From: Caecitellus pseudoparvulus
Taxonomy: Eukaryota > Protista > Bigyra: Bicosoecida
Direction of reading: 5' to 3'
DNA: 64,000 nt
NCBI GenBank assembly: GCA_965644315.1
Contig: CBFFRQ010000030.1
Span: 1-64,000, forward strand
The translations under genes were made by a program, and so were the position numbers. Shown here piece by piece: positions 47,618 through 57,195 of this stretch (positions are counted from its first letter, which is position 1; each line of letters starts with the position of its first letter). Under the pieces are notes generated by a model. That model made no database searches, was not told the origin of the DNA, and saw only the letters and a list, made by a program, of their open reading frames with translations.

Positions 47618-50600
47618 ATGCGGCGGGTTGGGCGCCCTGCGCCGCCGTATCTGTCACAAGTCCCCCTCGACTCTGCCAGTGACTCGGACTCTGACAGTAT
47701 GGACAGGCTTCCCCCTTCTCCTCTTCCCCCACCATCGCTGAGCCAGCTTCTTGACAGGTCTGATGGCCTGCCCTCCGTGCCTGGGCCTGCGACGCACTGC
47801 ATCTGCCCTTGCTGTTCTGAACGGTTCGAGGTGGACGCCTTCGAGGCCCACGTGAAGACGTGCTTGGACGGGGACCAGAATCCAGGGCACGGCGAGGCAG
47901 CGCCAGCCCCAGCAACACCGCTGCCTCTGCCCCCGCTTGGCACGTACGTTGTGCGAGGCCCAGACTACAGCGGGGACGGGGACGGCTTTGATTTGCGAGA
48001 GTGGATGTTGCAGGTGGGCTCTGGGAACGCTGCACAGCTGCCTGTCGGGCGCGTCGTGGCTCATGGGAGTTGGCGTGGTGCGTGCTGGGAAACGGCGCGA
48101 CCCTGCGACGCCCGCCGCCGTTGCGCACCGTCACAGGCACCCTGCTCAAGAAACACACCACTGGGCAATACTCTTCCTCCCCCATTTGCAGATCATGGGC
48201 CAGGCTCTGCGCTGGACGCCGTCGTGGTGCAGTGGCTCGCGACGCCCGCTGTCTCTCGCATCCCCTTCAAGCAGGTGCAGGAGATGTGGGCAGAGCACGG
48301 CTCAGCCTGCGAGGGCGTCCCCCCTGCTCCCCGTGTGGAGCTGCTGCGCTTCGGCACTCCTCGCCCCAGCATTGTGACGGCAGCAGATCCCGTCGGCTGG
48401 CTGCAGCCGCTGCGGCTGTCCATGTCCGGCTTGCGGCACGAGGGCACGCGAGCTGGCATGCTGGAGCTGCCTTCCACCTGGTTTCGCGGACTCAGCGTGC
48501 ATGCGCTGGCGAGCGAGGCCATCAACCGCCCTGACGTCTTTGTGGACGTCCTGCCCCTGCGCCACACGGCTGGCAACCGTTTGAAGGAGCTGCCGGCGCC
48601 CAGCCAGCCCCTCTCGCACTTTCTCGGCGCCATCGCTGCCCAGCTGCGGTACTGGTACGCTGGGAACGGCATCGTCACAGACATGTCCATCTGGGACGGA
48701 CAGGCTCTGGGGCTGGGGGACGCGCGCCAGGTCGTCTTTGCCAGGGTGCATGGGGTGGCGGGTTTGCCCGGCGCCAACCTCGTCACCAGCGCCCTGCACG
48801 GGTACGAGCAAGCCACGCCGCTGGTGCCGCCTCCCCGCATGCCCCTGCCTCCGCCCCATGGCTCCGTTGGCCGTCTGCAGCAAGCCCTGCTCCGCAACCT
48901 GTGCCTGGGGCCCGGTGCCGGCGCGGCCACTCGCTGGGCAACTCCCGGCTCAGGCCAGGCTTGGTTGCCTGACGCCGTCTCTGCCTCCTCCACCTTGCAG
49001 TTCAACGTGCGGCAAAGCAGCTCTGGCGCGAGTCAAGGTCACGTCGCCCTTCCTCTCCTGGCGCTGCAGGCTGCCACCACGGTGTTGCTGGAAGGCGTCA
49101 GCAGAGCTGTGCACCGGGACGCAGGGCACGCCGCCTGCCCCAGTGCGGCGCTGCAGTGGGCGCTCATGTGCGTGTCTGCTGCAGCAGAAGGGCATGCCCG
49201 TATGTGGTGCGAGGCCGGTGCGCAGTACCGCCGCGAACTGCGCAAGGCAGCGTCGGCGTGGCCGACGGGCACCCAGCTCAGCGTGGACAGGGCAGTGAAG
49301 CAGGCACAGGCTGATCGTGCCCGCCTGCTGCACCGAGTGTGGATGCAGCAGCTGGAAGAGGACCCCATGGTGGTGCCTGACCCCCTCCCTGACTTGGACT
49401 GCGGTGGCAAGCCCATTGCCAGCAAGACGGTGCAGGATCCGCCCTCGCCAGGTGCGGTCCTGCGCGGCCTGCTGAGCCAGACCACCATCAGCACCATTCC
49501 TACCATCCAGTGGAAATCTGTGGCGGCCATCCCCATCTCCTTCGATACTGCTGCAGACCCCCGGCGAACCAGCTCTGTCTGGGGATCTGTCACCGTAGTG
49601 GACTCTCCCCGACAGCGCCTGAGCGCAAACGCTGATTCGCAGAAAGCAGCACCCCTGCCAGCGGTGGGCAGACTGTGGGACGTCACGCACTACTTGCCGA
49701 GGAAGGGGCTGCCTGGCTACGGCGATCTGGATGGCACCCCCTGGAACGTTGGCAAGTACGCGACGGCGGCAACCCTTGCCTCCCACAAGTACCGCTCCCT
49801 GCTGCAGTGGCGCCCCGAGCACGTTATGGAGGCGCACAGGTGGATGACGTGGCAGCCGCTGGACCCCTTGGAAGCTGCGACGAACTCCAGGTCGCACGCT
49901 CGGACGGATGGCGACCTGCCCAGTCGCAACTTGCCCCGGCACCTGGACGACCTGCGGCACCTGGCCCACCAAGACGAGTGGCAGCTGAGCGCCCTGCTGC
50001 AGCAGTACAAAGCTGCTGCCCAGCCATACGAGCTGCATCAAAGGTCGTACTCTGACCGAGGCGTGCGTCTGCCATGGACGTACCTGTCCCCCTCCTACGA
50101 CACACAGAGGCGGTTTAAAGAGGTGGTGACGAATGCTCGCAGCGTGCTGCAAGCCATGAAGGACGCCCAAGCCAACCCGCCAACACTGGAAGATGACGTG
50201 GGCCAAGACGTGCGAGAAGAGCACGCAGCCCGCCAGTCTCCACAGCTGCGAGACGCCATCCAGGCCTCCCTTCGGCGCCTGCACCGCTCCCACAGCCACG
50301 GCTGGATGGACTGCTCTGACGGTGACTCCATCGCACGAATGTGGGCTTACAGCCTGCACGACGAGTTGGAAGTGCGGGGCCGAGAGCTGCCCCGCCGGGC
50401 CACACTGCACGTGCCGCCGCCGCCACCCCGGAACAGCCACCCAGTGTACGCGGCGCCACCCGCCCTGCAGCTGCGCGCCGGCTCTTTGCTGAACCCCCTG
50501 CCCCCACCAGCTGCCAGCACCATCCACGAGGCCTTGAACTGTGCCGCCTTGCAAACTGTCTCGATCCCAGACTCCCTCTCCTCTGACAACCTGGGCGCCC

Positions 50601-53600
50601 TTGCCACGCAGCTGGGGGTGTTGTTGCCGGCGGTGGCAGGCTCCGGAGTCAACCGAAGTCGCGCGGTGCAGACCATGTCCCTGCTGGACCACGCACTGCG
50701 GGGCAATGGTTGCATCTCGCACTTGTCAGTCGCCGAGCTGTCCCTCATCGTGCAAGCCTGCTGCGGCTCCGTGGATGCTGGGGAAGAAACTTCCTTGGAT
50801 CGCATGCGAGCCCACCTGAAAGACAGCCTCCCCGTGCCCACCACCGAGTTCGGCCCAGCAGAGGGACCTGACCAGACTGCCCTGCACAGGTTGGCCGGCG
50901 CGAAGGGTGTGCTGTCCACGCTGCCGCGGCCTGTGGCAGGCGCCGTGTGGAGCACCTTCCGTGCTGCGGCCGCCCAGACCAAGGTGGAGGATGCCGCCCG
51001 CCGAGCCGCCCGGCAGCAGGCACAGAAAGCCAGCATGCTCGCAGCCATGCACCTTGCCACGAAGCAGCGGTCCGGCGCGCTGCTTGCCGCGTGTGATTGG
51101 TGGGACCCCGCCACCATCCCAGTCACGCTGCCGCTGTTCGCGCCGGGTTGCCCGGGGCTCCTAGCGCCCTCCTGCTCCACGGCACTGGTGATGGACATCC
51201 TGCTGGGGGCGCGCTGGACCAGCGCCGGGGGCTGGAGCAACCGCCCCGACCCTAGCCGCCCGCCCCGAGGCACCAACGCCTCTGCTGCCTCCCCGCTCCC
51301 TGAGCGCCTGGAGGGTTTGCAGAGCGCCTCGCGGGTTTCACAGGCGCCTGGGCCAGATGGACATGCCTCCACACGCGGCGCAGACGCACACGTGCCCCCC
51401 GTGCCAGACCCAGGCTGTGCGCCGCCCTCCCCCATCTGGCTGCCAGCCTGGCACAAGACAGTGGCCATTCCTGACTCGGCAGGGCAAGTGGTGGGGACTG
51501 TCACCGTGGAACTGCGACACGTGATGGGGCATGTGGCCGCCGCCCCGTACGGCCCCATGGCGCGCCCACACAGCGTGTATGCGGCCCTCATGGGGCAAGG
51601 CGAGCTGCTCAAGGCACTCGTGTCCGGCATGTCGGTGCCACTGGACGGACGTGGCGGAGACGGCATGTCCGTCGCTGACGCCCTCGCAGCCGGCGGCACG
51701 GTGGGCCACAGGGACGGCTTCCCAGAGGTCATCCCCACACACTGGGCCACGCTGACAGCCTCCATGTCTGGCGTCGCGTCGGACATCGCCCTGTGGGCGT
51801 ACAAGGAAGGCGCTCCCGCCTCTTTGGAGCAGAAGGAGGCGGCGCTCATCGCCGCGGCGGCGACGCTGCCCAGCGCAGTGACCAAATCAGAGCCTGAAGC
51901 ACATGGCGCCGTCCCGCCCCCCCCTGGCCACGCCATGGACGCGACGTTGTTCTCGCCCGGCGCGGCACTGCAGCTGCAGGCGCAGGTGAGCATGGCGGAG
52001 CAGGTGGAGGATGAGGCACCGGCCATAAGCGCCCCTGCCCAGCCCCGCACGCTGCTGGAGTCCCTGCTGCCCGTGCTTGGCGCCACGACGAAGCACAGCA
52101 GGCAGTCCCTTGATCGCCTCGTGGAGGAATCCTTCAAGCAGCCCGCCATCCTGCGCAGCAAGCTGCCGCCTCTGCAGCGTGTCGTGGGCTCCCGCACCAC
52201 CCTCCACTGCGCCGTGCTGGGCGGTGACGCGTACGTCTTTGCTTTTGTGCTGGAACGGGCGCCACACATGCTGCAGCACACTGACGCGCACGGCTTCACG
52301 CCAGTCGCCCTGGCCGCAGCTCTCGGGCGCACCCGCATGCTGCACCGCGTGTTCGGCGAGGTGCACCAGGGCGCCCACCACGTCGCACCTGACGGCCGAG
52401 GCTCGCACACGGAGCATGGCGTGGGCACCGCCACAGATGTAGGGGGTGGCGCCCGCCTGGAGGAAGGGATCACAGGCGGCTCCGTTGCGGGGCGGTGGGT
52501 GCTGGGGCGCAGCCTCATGCTGTCCTTCCTCACCGCCACCACCTCCAACCGCCAGGCTGACACGCTGCTCACCCTGGCCTGCAAGGGCGCTCACCCTGCC
52601 ACCGTCGCATACCTGCTCTCCCGCAGCGGCAACGTACACGCCAGCAACAGCGCCGGCGATACGCCCCTGCACTGCGCCATGCTCGCATGCGCCACTGCCC
52701 AGCACGGCAACGAGGCGCCATCCACTCACCCCTCGCGGTTCTCCGCTTCCCCCGCCGCCTCGGATGCGTGCACGGCAGATGCACGGGAGTGTGTGCGGCA
52801 CTTAATGGCGTGCGGGGCGCGCCTGCTGCCCAACCAGGCCGGCGTGACGCCCCTGCACATCGCCGCAGCGGCAGGGGACGTCGCCTGTGTCAAGCTGCTG
52901 CTGTCAGGCTGCAACCACAACCACGGACCCATGGCCGTGGCGGCAGCGCTGCGTGCCTCTGTGCAGCTGGCCAGCCGCCGCCCAGGTGTCATGCTGCACT
53001 ACACAGCGCTTGACCTGGCCGCTGCCGTGCAGCCCTCCGCGCCTGCCTACAAGGAAGCCGTGCAGATCCTCAACACGGCTGCAGGCAGCTGCAAGCCGCT
53101 GCTGCCCATCGAGCCCTCGCCGCCTGCCATGCGGAGCGTGCTGTCCTGGGCCCGCGCACGACTGCGCCGTCTGGGGGCTGCCGTCATGGCCCCCGCCCAC
53201 ATGCCCGACTGGGCACCGACGAAGGACCCAGAGCTGGCGCCCAAGCGCGGGGACCTGGCGGTGGCGCGACCACCCGCCATGCGCAACACGCCAGGGGCCG
53301 TCACGGAGCGCCCCCTCACAGTGGAAGCCAACCGGTGGGCGGCACAAGTGTACGAGAGCAAAGAGGGTGCAGAGCTGACGCTGGTGGGCGGGGAAGTGAA
53401 GCACTTGGGCAAGTTTCCACTCCCAGTGGTGCGGGGTGGCGGGTCGGACGCTGCCCCCAGCGCGCCCGCCGCCGCCCACACCGACCAACGGTACTACACA
53501 GCCTCCACCGCCCACACATACTTCGCGAGCGTGCCTTTCTTCCGGTCCTGCCTGCAGAGCAACGTCGTGCCCAGCTCCATGGACAGCCTGTCTGTGCCAT

Positions 53601-56600
53601 TTCTATCCGAAGCGGGCGGCGGCGCCACACCAGTGGCCACCACGCCCATCGCTCTGGATCTGCCCTTCACTGCCCCTGGCCCAGCGACCACCCGCGCCGA
53701 CGATGCCTCCTCTGTCGGCAGCGACTCGGCGTACACGTACTGCAGCGAGGGAGAGGAGTCGGATGCCGGGGTGTGGGCTGGGATGGGCGACGCGGAGCGG
53801 AAGGAGGAGGATGTGGGCCCAGCGGGCGGTGCGTTGGAGAGCAAGGAGGGGGATGAGCTGCCCCCGCCCCCACCCCGCCTGGCGTCGCGTTCCTCGGCAG
53901 ACCTGCTGGGCCTGCATGCGCCCCCCACCCTGGGCCGTGAGACATCTGCCACCAGCACTGACGGGCTGAGCATTCCACAGCCCCCCTCTACGCTGGACTT
54001 GGCCCGGGCCGTGTCGGCGTCAGACTCGTTCGCTGCCGCCGCGGGCGCCTCGGTGGCTTCGCGCCTGGCGGCCAAGCTGCGTGAAGTGCACACGGTGCAG
54101 GCGCGCGGGTGCTGTGCCTTCACTCCCCGCGCCATTCGCCAGCGCATCCACACAGAGGCCACACAGCTGGCAGAGTCCACGGGTATCACCCCTGTGGAAG
54201 CATCCCTGCTGTTGCGGCACTTCCAGTGGCGTGCTGACAGTGCCATTGAGGCGTTGGAGCTGCTGGGCATGGAGGCGCTGGTGCAAGCCCGTGTGCTACC
54301 GCCGCCAGAGGGGGTCGAAAAAGACGACGAGGCGGTGGACATCAAGGCCTTGCGCAGAGCACCCGAGGCTGAGACCGCCCGCGCCCGCCCAGGCAAGCTG
54401 CTGCCGGGCCTGTCGCCTGACCGCCCTCAGCCTGGCCTGGCCTCAGCCGAGCCCGAGTACGCAGCTGCCTACGCGGCAGGCATGCCCGACGCAGATGAAC
54501 TGGAGGACATGGAGATGGAGTGCCCCGTGTGCCTGGATGACTTGCCGCCCCATGAGATGTACAGCCTGACCTGCGGCCACTTCGTCTGCCTTGCCTGCTG
54601 GCGGGGTCACCTGAACGCCACCATTCTACGAGGGCAAGTGTGTGTGGCTGAGGGTGAGTGCCCGTGCTCGGGGTGCCACGTCTTGCTGCCTGATGCCACC
54701 TGGGAGCGCTTTGGTAAGGAGGAGGTGGTGGAGCTGGTCAAGGACACAGAGTCTTCCTCCAACAACAGGAACAGGAACAAGACCAATCGACTGGAGCCAC
54801 TGACTCGCACAACGGCCTGGGACATGTTCCTGCGCTACCTTGTGCGCGCATACGTGCAGTCACAGCCGGAGCTGGTGCGCTGTGCAGCCCCGGCAAGCTG
54901 TGACAACATCGTGCAGCTGGACGCCTCAGGGCGGCAGGATGCCACATGCGCCTGTGGTGCAATTTTTTGCTCCCTTTGCGGGCTGGAGGCGCACGATCCG
55001 GCGCCCTGCTGGGCGTACCGTGGCTGGAAGGTGCTGGCCAATGAGAACTTGGACACGGCCAGCGTGGACTACATGAACAGCACCTTCCGGCGGTGTCCGA
55101 ATTGTGGCGTGTCCATCAGCAAGGACGGCGGCTGCAAGCACATGACCTGCTCCAACTGCAACCACGAGTACTGCCACCTTTGCGGCAAGGAGTGGCAGTC
55201 GGTTGGCGGCTACTCCCACGTGTGCGCTGGCGGCATTTGGTCCTCGTCCGTCTTTGGCGTGTGGCTGTGGAACACGTTCATCGTCAACGCCACGGCGGGT
55301 GGGGAGGGCGACGTGCCGGGGCAAAGTGACGCCACTGCGCCCCCTGCTGCCGGCCTGCTGTCCCTGGAACACGCCATGCGGAAGGTGGGTGCCATGGACA
55401 TGGCGCAGGAAACGGTCAGAGGGCGGGTTCGGTACATGTGCGAGCGAGTGGAAATGGTGCAGCAGATCGTGCACCCGCTGCCACTGCCCCTGCCCTGCCC
55501 ACGCCCCAAGTTCGAGTGCACCACCACCAACTGCCACACCATGGTCGAGGAGCATTTGACGGAGGAAGGCGATCCTGCGCCCAGCCCTGTGTCCCCTGCG
55601 CCACTACTTCGTGCGGGTGACACTGACACTGACACTGACACTGACACTGACAGAAGCAGCTCTCCGAACATCGTCAGATCACTGTCGGAGCTGAGTGACC
55701 TGAGCAGCGAAGGCGGGGGGGGCTCCGTCATGCTGGAGCCACGAGACCCCCGGGCGCTGTGGCGGAATGTGCTGGAAACGGACGAACCCGCCCCTGGGCA
55801 TATGCACCCGTGGGAGTCGCCTGCATTGGGTCCGTACGAGACTGCCCCGGTCCAGCTGCCGTACACGGCGTCCAGCCACCTCGGATCCGTCAGTCCTCGC
55901 AGCCTCGTTTCTGGCGAAGCAAGTCCCCTTGCACACCCCCCTACAGCCCTTGTCGACGGGCCAACCGCGACTGTCGTAGGTGGTGCTGCAGCCGCTGCTC
56001 AGCCTGAGATGGTTTCGACGCGTGTGTTGCAGCTCACACCACCAGACGGCGCAATGCCGCTGGACGGCACAGCAACACCCCCCCTTCCACCCCTTCTTAC
56101 CCTCGCTGCTCCAGAGTCCAGCGCAGACATGCCGGCCCCGGAAGACGACGGCACGCTGAGCCCTCTCTCCACTGATTCAGGGGGCGCCTTCCTCGCCGGG
56201 CTCGTGCCTGCCGCTGCCGATGCTGCCGCGGACTGGCCCCCGAGGCAAGGCGGCCGCCGTCGACGCCGCCGCCGCCGCCGCCGCCGCGTGGAGCAAGTGC
56301 GCATCAGGTGCAAGTGGGAGTCTGTCTTCCGCCTGTCGGACAAAGCAGTGGCGCAGTACCTGTCCGCCCTCGCCACCATGCACGTGGAGTTCACGCCGCT
56401 GCACCAGCCAGTGGACCTCCTTCGCAGCGCGGCAGCTGGCGCACCGCTGCACTCTTGGCGTGCCAAGCGCAGGGTGCTGTTGGCGGCCCTGCGCGTGTTG
56501 TTCTGGGGTCTGAACTTCATGAAGCACACCTTCGTCTGCCTCTTCTTCCTGTCAGCAGGAGATGCCATCACAGCCCGGCGCAGAGGGGACGCAGATAAGG

Positions 56601-56878
56601 ATGCACAGGCCCTCGTGCGGGGATTGGCAGGCAGCCTCAGCTCCCGGGACATGCTGGCGCACCAGGCTCCCCTGCTGAGCAGCATGCTGGAGCGTCTGCT
56701 GGGCGCCACTGACGTCGCCGCCGTGTCCCTGGACAGCATGAACCTGGCCGCCGTGGCCGGGCTGTCCCTGGCGGTGGAGGGCTGCATCGCAGCCATGTGT
56801 GAGGACGTCGTGTGGCGGCAGGCGTGGAACCCCCCTGGCTTTGTCGCCAACCGCAAGAGCCCCGGTTGCATGGGCTGA
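47618..56878 (+). CDS. Ankyrin-repeat RBR (RING1-IBR-RING2) E3 ubiquitin ligase, Ariadne/ANKIB1-like, with N-terminal UBZ-type finger
   Basis: UBZ-like CPCC...HVKTC; ankyrin repeats TPLHCA and TPLHIAAAAGDVACVKLLL; RING1 CPVC..CGHFVCLAC; IBR; RING2 RCPNC...GGCKHMTC..CNHEYCHLC. A likely in-frame intron lies at 48078-48191 (GTGCGT...TTGCAG). Confidence 0.88.
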   Translation: MRRVGRPAPPYLSQVPLDSASDSDSDSMDRLPPSPLPPPSLSQLLDRSDGLPSVPGPATHCICPCCSERFEVDAFEAHVKTCLDGDQNPGHGEAAPAPATPLPLPPLGTYVVRGPDYSGDGDGFDLREWMLQVGSGNAAQLPVGRVVAHGSWRGACWETARPCDARRRCAPSQAPCSRNTPLGNTLPPPFADHGPGSALDAVVVQWLATPAVSRIPFKQVQEMWAEHGSACEGVPPAPRVELLRFGTPRPSIVTAADPVGWLQPLRLSMSGLRHEGTRAGMLELPSTWFRGLSVHALASEAINRPDVFVDVLPLRHTAGNRLKELPAPSQPLSHFLGAIAAQLRYWYAGNGIVTDMSIWDGQALGLGDARQVVFARVHGVAGLPGANLVTSALHGYEQATPLVPPPRMPLPPPHGSVGRLQQALLRNLCLGPGAGAATRWATPGSGQAWLPDAVSASSTLQFNVRQSSSGASQGHVALPLLALQAATTVLLEGVSRAVHRDAGHAACPSAALQWALMCVSAAAEGHARMWCEAGAQYRRELRKAASAWPTGTQLSVDRAVKQAQADRARLLHRVWMQQLEEDPMVVPDPLPDLDCGGKPIASKTVQDPPSPGAVLRGLLSQTTISTIPTIQWKSVAAIPISFDTAADPRRTSSVWGSVTVVDSPRQRLSANADSQKAAPLPAVGRLWDVTHYLPRKGLPGYGDLDGTPWNVGKYATAATLASHKYRSLLQWRPEHVMEAHRWMTWQPLDPLEAATNSRSHARTDGDLPSRNLPRHLDDLRHLAHQDEWQLSALLQQYKAAAQPYELHQRSYSDRGVRLPWTYLSPSYDTQRRFKEVVTNARSVLQAMKDAQANPPTLEDDVGQDVREEHAARQSPQLRDAIQASLRRLHRSHSHGWMDCSDGDSIARMWAYSLHDELEVRGRELPRRATLHVPPPPPRNSHPVYAAPPALQLRAGSLLNPLPPPAASTIHEALNCAALQTVSIPDSLSSDNLGALATQLGVLLPAVAGSGVNRSRAVQTMSLLDHALRGNGCISHLSVAELSLIVQACCGSVDAGEETSLDRMRAHLKDSLPVPTTEFGPAEGPDQTALHRLAGAKGVLSTLPRPVAGAVWSTFRAAAAQTKVEDAARRAARQQAQKASMLAAMHLATKQRSGALLAACDWWDPATIPVTLPLFAPGCPGLLAPSCSTALVMDILLGARWTSAGGWSNRPDPSRPPRGTNASAASPLPERLEGLQSASRVSQAPGPDGHASTRGADAHVPPVPDPGCAPPSPIWLPAWHKTVAIPDSAGQVVGTVTVELRHVMGHVAAAPYGPMARPHSVYAALMGQGELLKALVSGMSVPLDGRGGDGMSVADALAAGGTVGHRDGFPEVIPTHWATLTASMSGVASDIALWAYKEGAPASLEQKEAALIAAAATLPSAVTKSEPEAHGAVPPPPGHAMDATLFSPGAALQLQAQVSMAEQVEDEAPAISAPAQPRTLLESLLPVLGATTKHSRQSLDRLVEESFKQPAILRSKLPPLQRVVGSRTTLHCAVLGGDAYVFAFVLERAPHMLQHTDAHGFTPVALAAALGRTRMLHRVFGEVHQGAHHVAPDGRGSHTEHGVGTATDVGGGARLEEGITGGSVAGRWVLGRSLMLSFLTATTSNRQADTLLTLACKGAHPATVAYLLSRSGNVHASNSAGDTPLHCAMLACATAQHGNEAPSTHPSRFSASPAASDACTADARECVRHLMACGARLLPNQAGVTPLHIAAAAGDVACVKLLLSGCNHNHGPMAVAAALRASVQLASRRPGVMLHYTALDLAAAVQPSAPAYKEAVQILNTAAGSCKPLLPIEPSPPAMRSVLSWARARLRRLGAAVMAPAHMPDWAPTKDPELAPKRGDLAVARPPAMRNTPGAVTERPLTVEANRWAAQVYESKEGAELTLVGGEVKHLGKFPLPVVRGGGSDAAPSAPAAAHTDQRYYTASTAHTYFASVPFFRSCLQSNVVPSSMDSLSVPFLSEAGGGATPVATTPIALDLPFTAPGPATTRADDASSVGSDSAYTYCSEGEESDAGVWAGMGDAERKEEDVGPAGGALESKEGDELPPPPPRLASRSSADLLGLHAPPTLGRETSATSTDGLSIPQPPSTLDLARAVSASDSFAAAAGASVASRLAAKLREVHTVQARGCCAFTPRAIRQRIHTEATQLAESTGITPVEASLLLRHFQWRADSAIEALELLGMEALVQARVLPPPEGVEKDDEAVDIKALRRAPEAETARARPGKLLPGLSPDRPQPGLASAEPEYAAAYAAGMPDADELEDMEMECPVCLDDLPPHEMYSLTCGHFVCLACWRGHLNATILRGQVCVAEGECPCSGCHVLLPDATWERFGKEEVVELVKDTESSSNNRNRNKTNRLEPLTRTTAWDMFLRYLVRAYVQSQPELVRCAAPASCDNIVQLDASGRQDATCACGAIFCSLCGLEAHDPAPCWAYRGWKVLANENLDTASVDYMNSTFRRCPNCGVSISKDGGCKHMTCSNCNHEYCHLCGKEWQSVGGYSHVCAGGIWSSSVFGVWLWNTFIVNATAGGEGDVPGQSDATAPPAAGLLSLEHAMRKVGAMDMAQETVRGRVRYMCERVEMVQQIVHPLPLPLPCPRPKFECTTTNCHTMVEEHLTEEGDPAPSPVSPAPLLRAGDTDTDTDTDTDRSSSPNIVRSLSELSDLSSEGGGGSVMLEPRDPRALWRNVLETDEPAPGHMHPWESPALGPYETAPVQLPYTASSHLGSVSPRSLVSGEASPLAHPPTALVDGPTATVVGGAAAAAQPEMVSTRVLQLTPPDGAMPLDGTATPPLPPLLTLAAPESSADMPAPEDDGTLSPLSTDSGGAFLAGLVPAAADAAADWPPRQGGRRRRRRRRRRRVEQVRIRCKWESVFRLSDKAVAQYLSALATMHVEFTPLHQPVDLLRSAAAGAPLHSWRAKRRVLLAALRVLFWGLNFMKHTFVCLFFLSAGDAITARRRGDADKDAQALVRGLAGSLSSRDMLAHQAPLLSSMLERLLGATDVAAVSLDSMNLAAVAGLSLAVEGCIAAMCEDVVWRQAWNPPGFVANRKSPGCMG
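55618..55652 (+). repeat. (TGACAC)n coding microsatellite (Asp-Thr repeat)
   Basis: Direct tandem hexamer within the RBR ORF. Confidence 0.9.
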
Positions 56879-57195
56879 GCAGGAAGCCTGGCACGTCCCA
56901 CACCAGCACACAGTGCACTGCAGCTCAGCCAGACAGCTCGCTCACGATGCCACAATGCAGCCTTCAGCGCTAACGGGGCCAAGCTTTGCCTGTGCGCCCT
57001 TGTGTCGCTGCCTAAGCCCACCCCCCATCGTGCCTCGCCATGGTGCGTGTGTCGGGCGGCGCCCAGCGCCAGCCGACAGGCAGACCAAGGCATGTGCTGT
57101 GGCGACCCGCTCAGCCGCCGCCTGCCGCTGTGGAGCTGCACACGCTGCTGTCCACCCGCCCCATGGTGGGCATTCCCTTGGAGCCGCCTGCGAGA

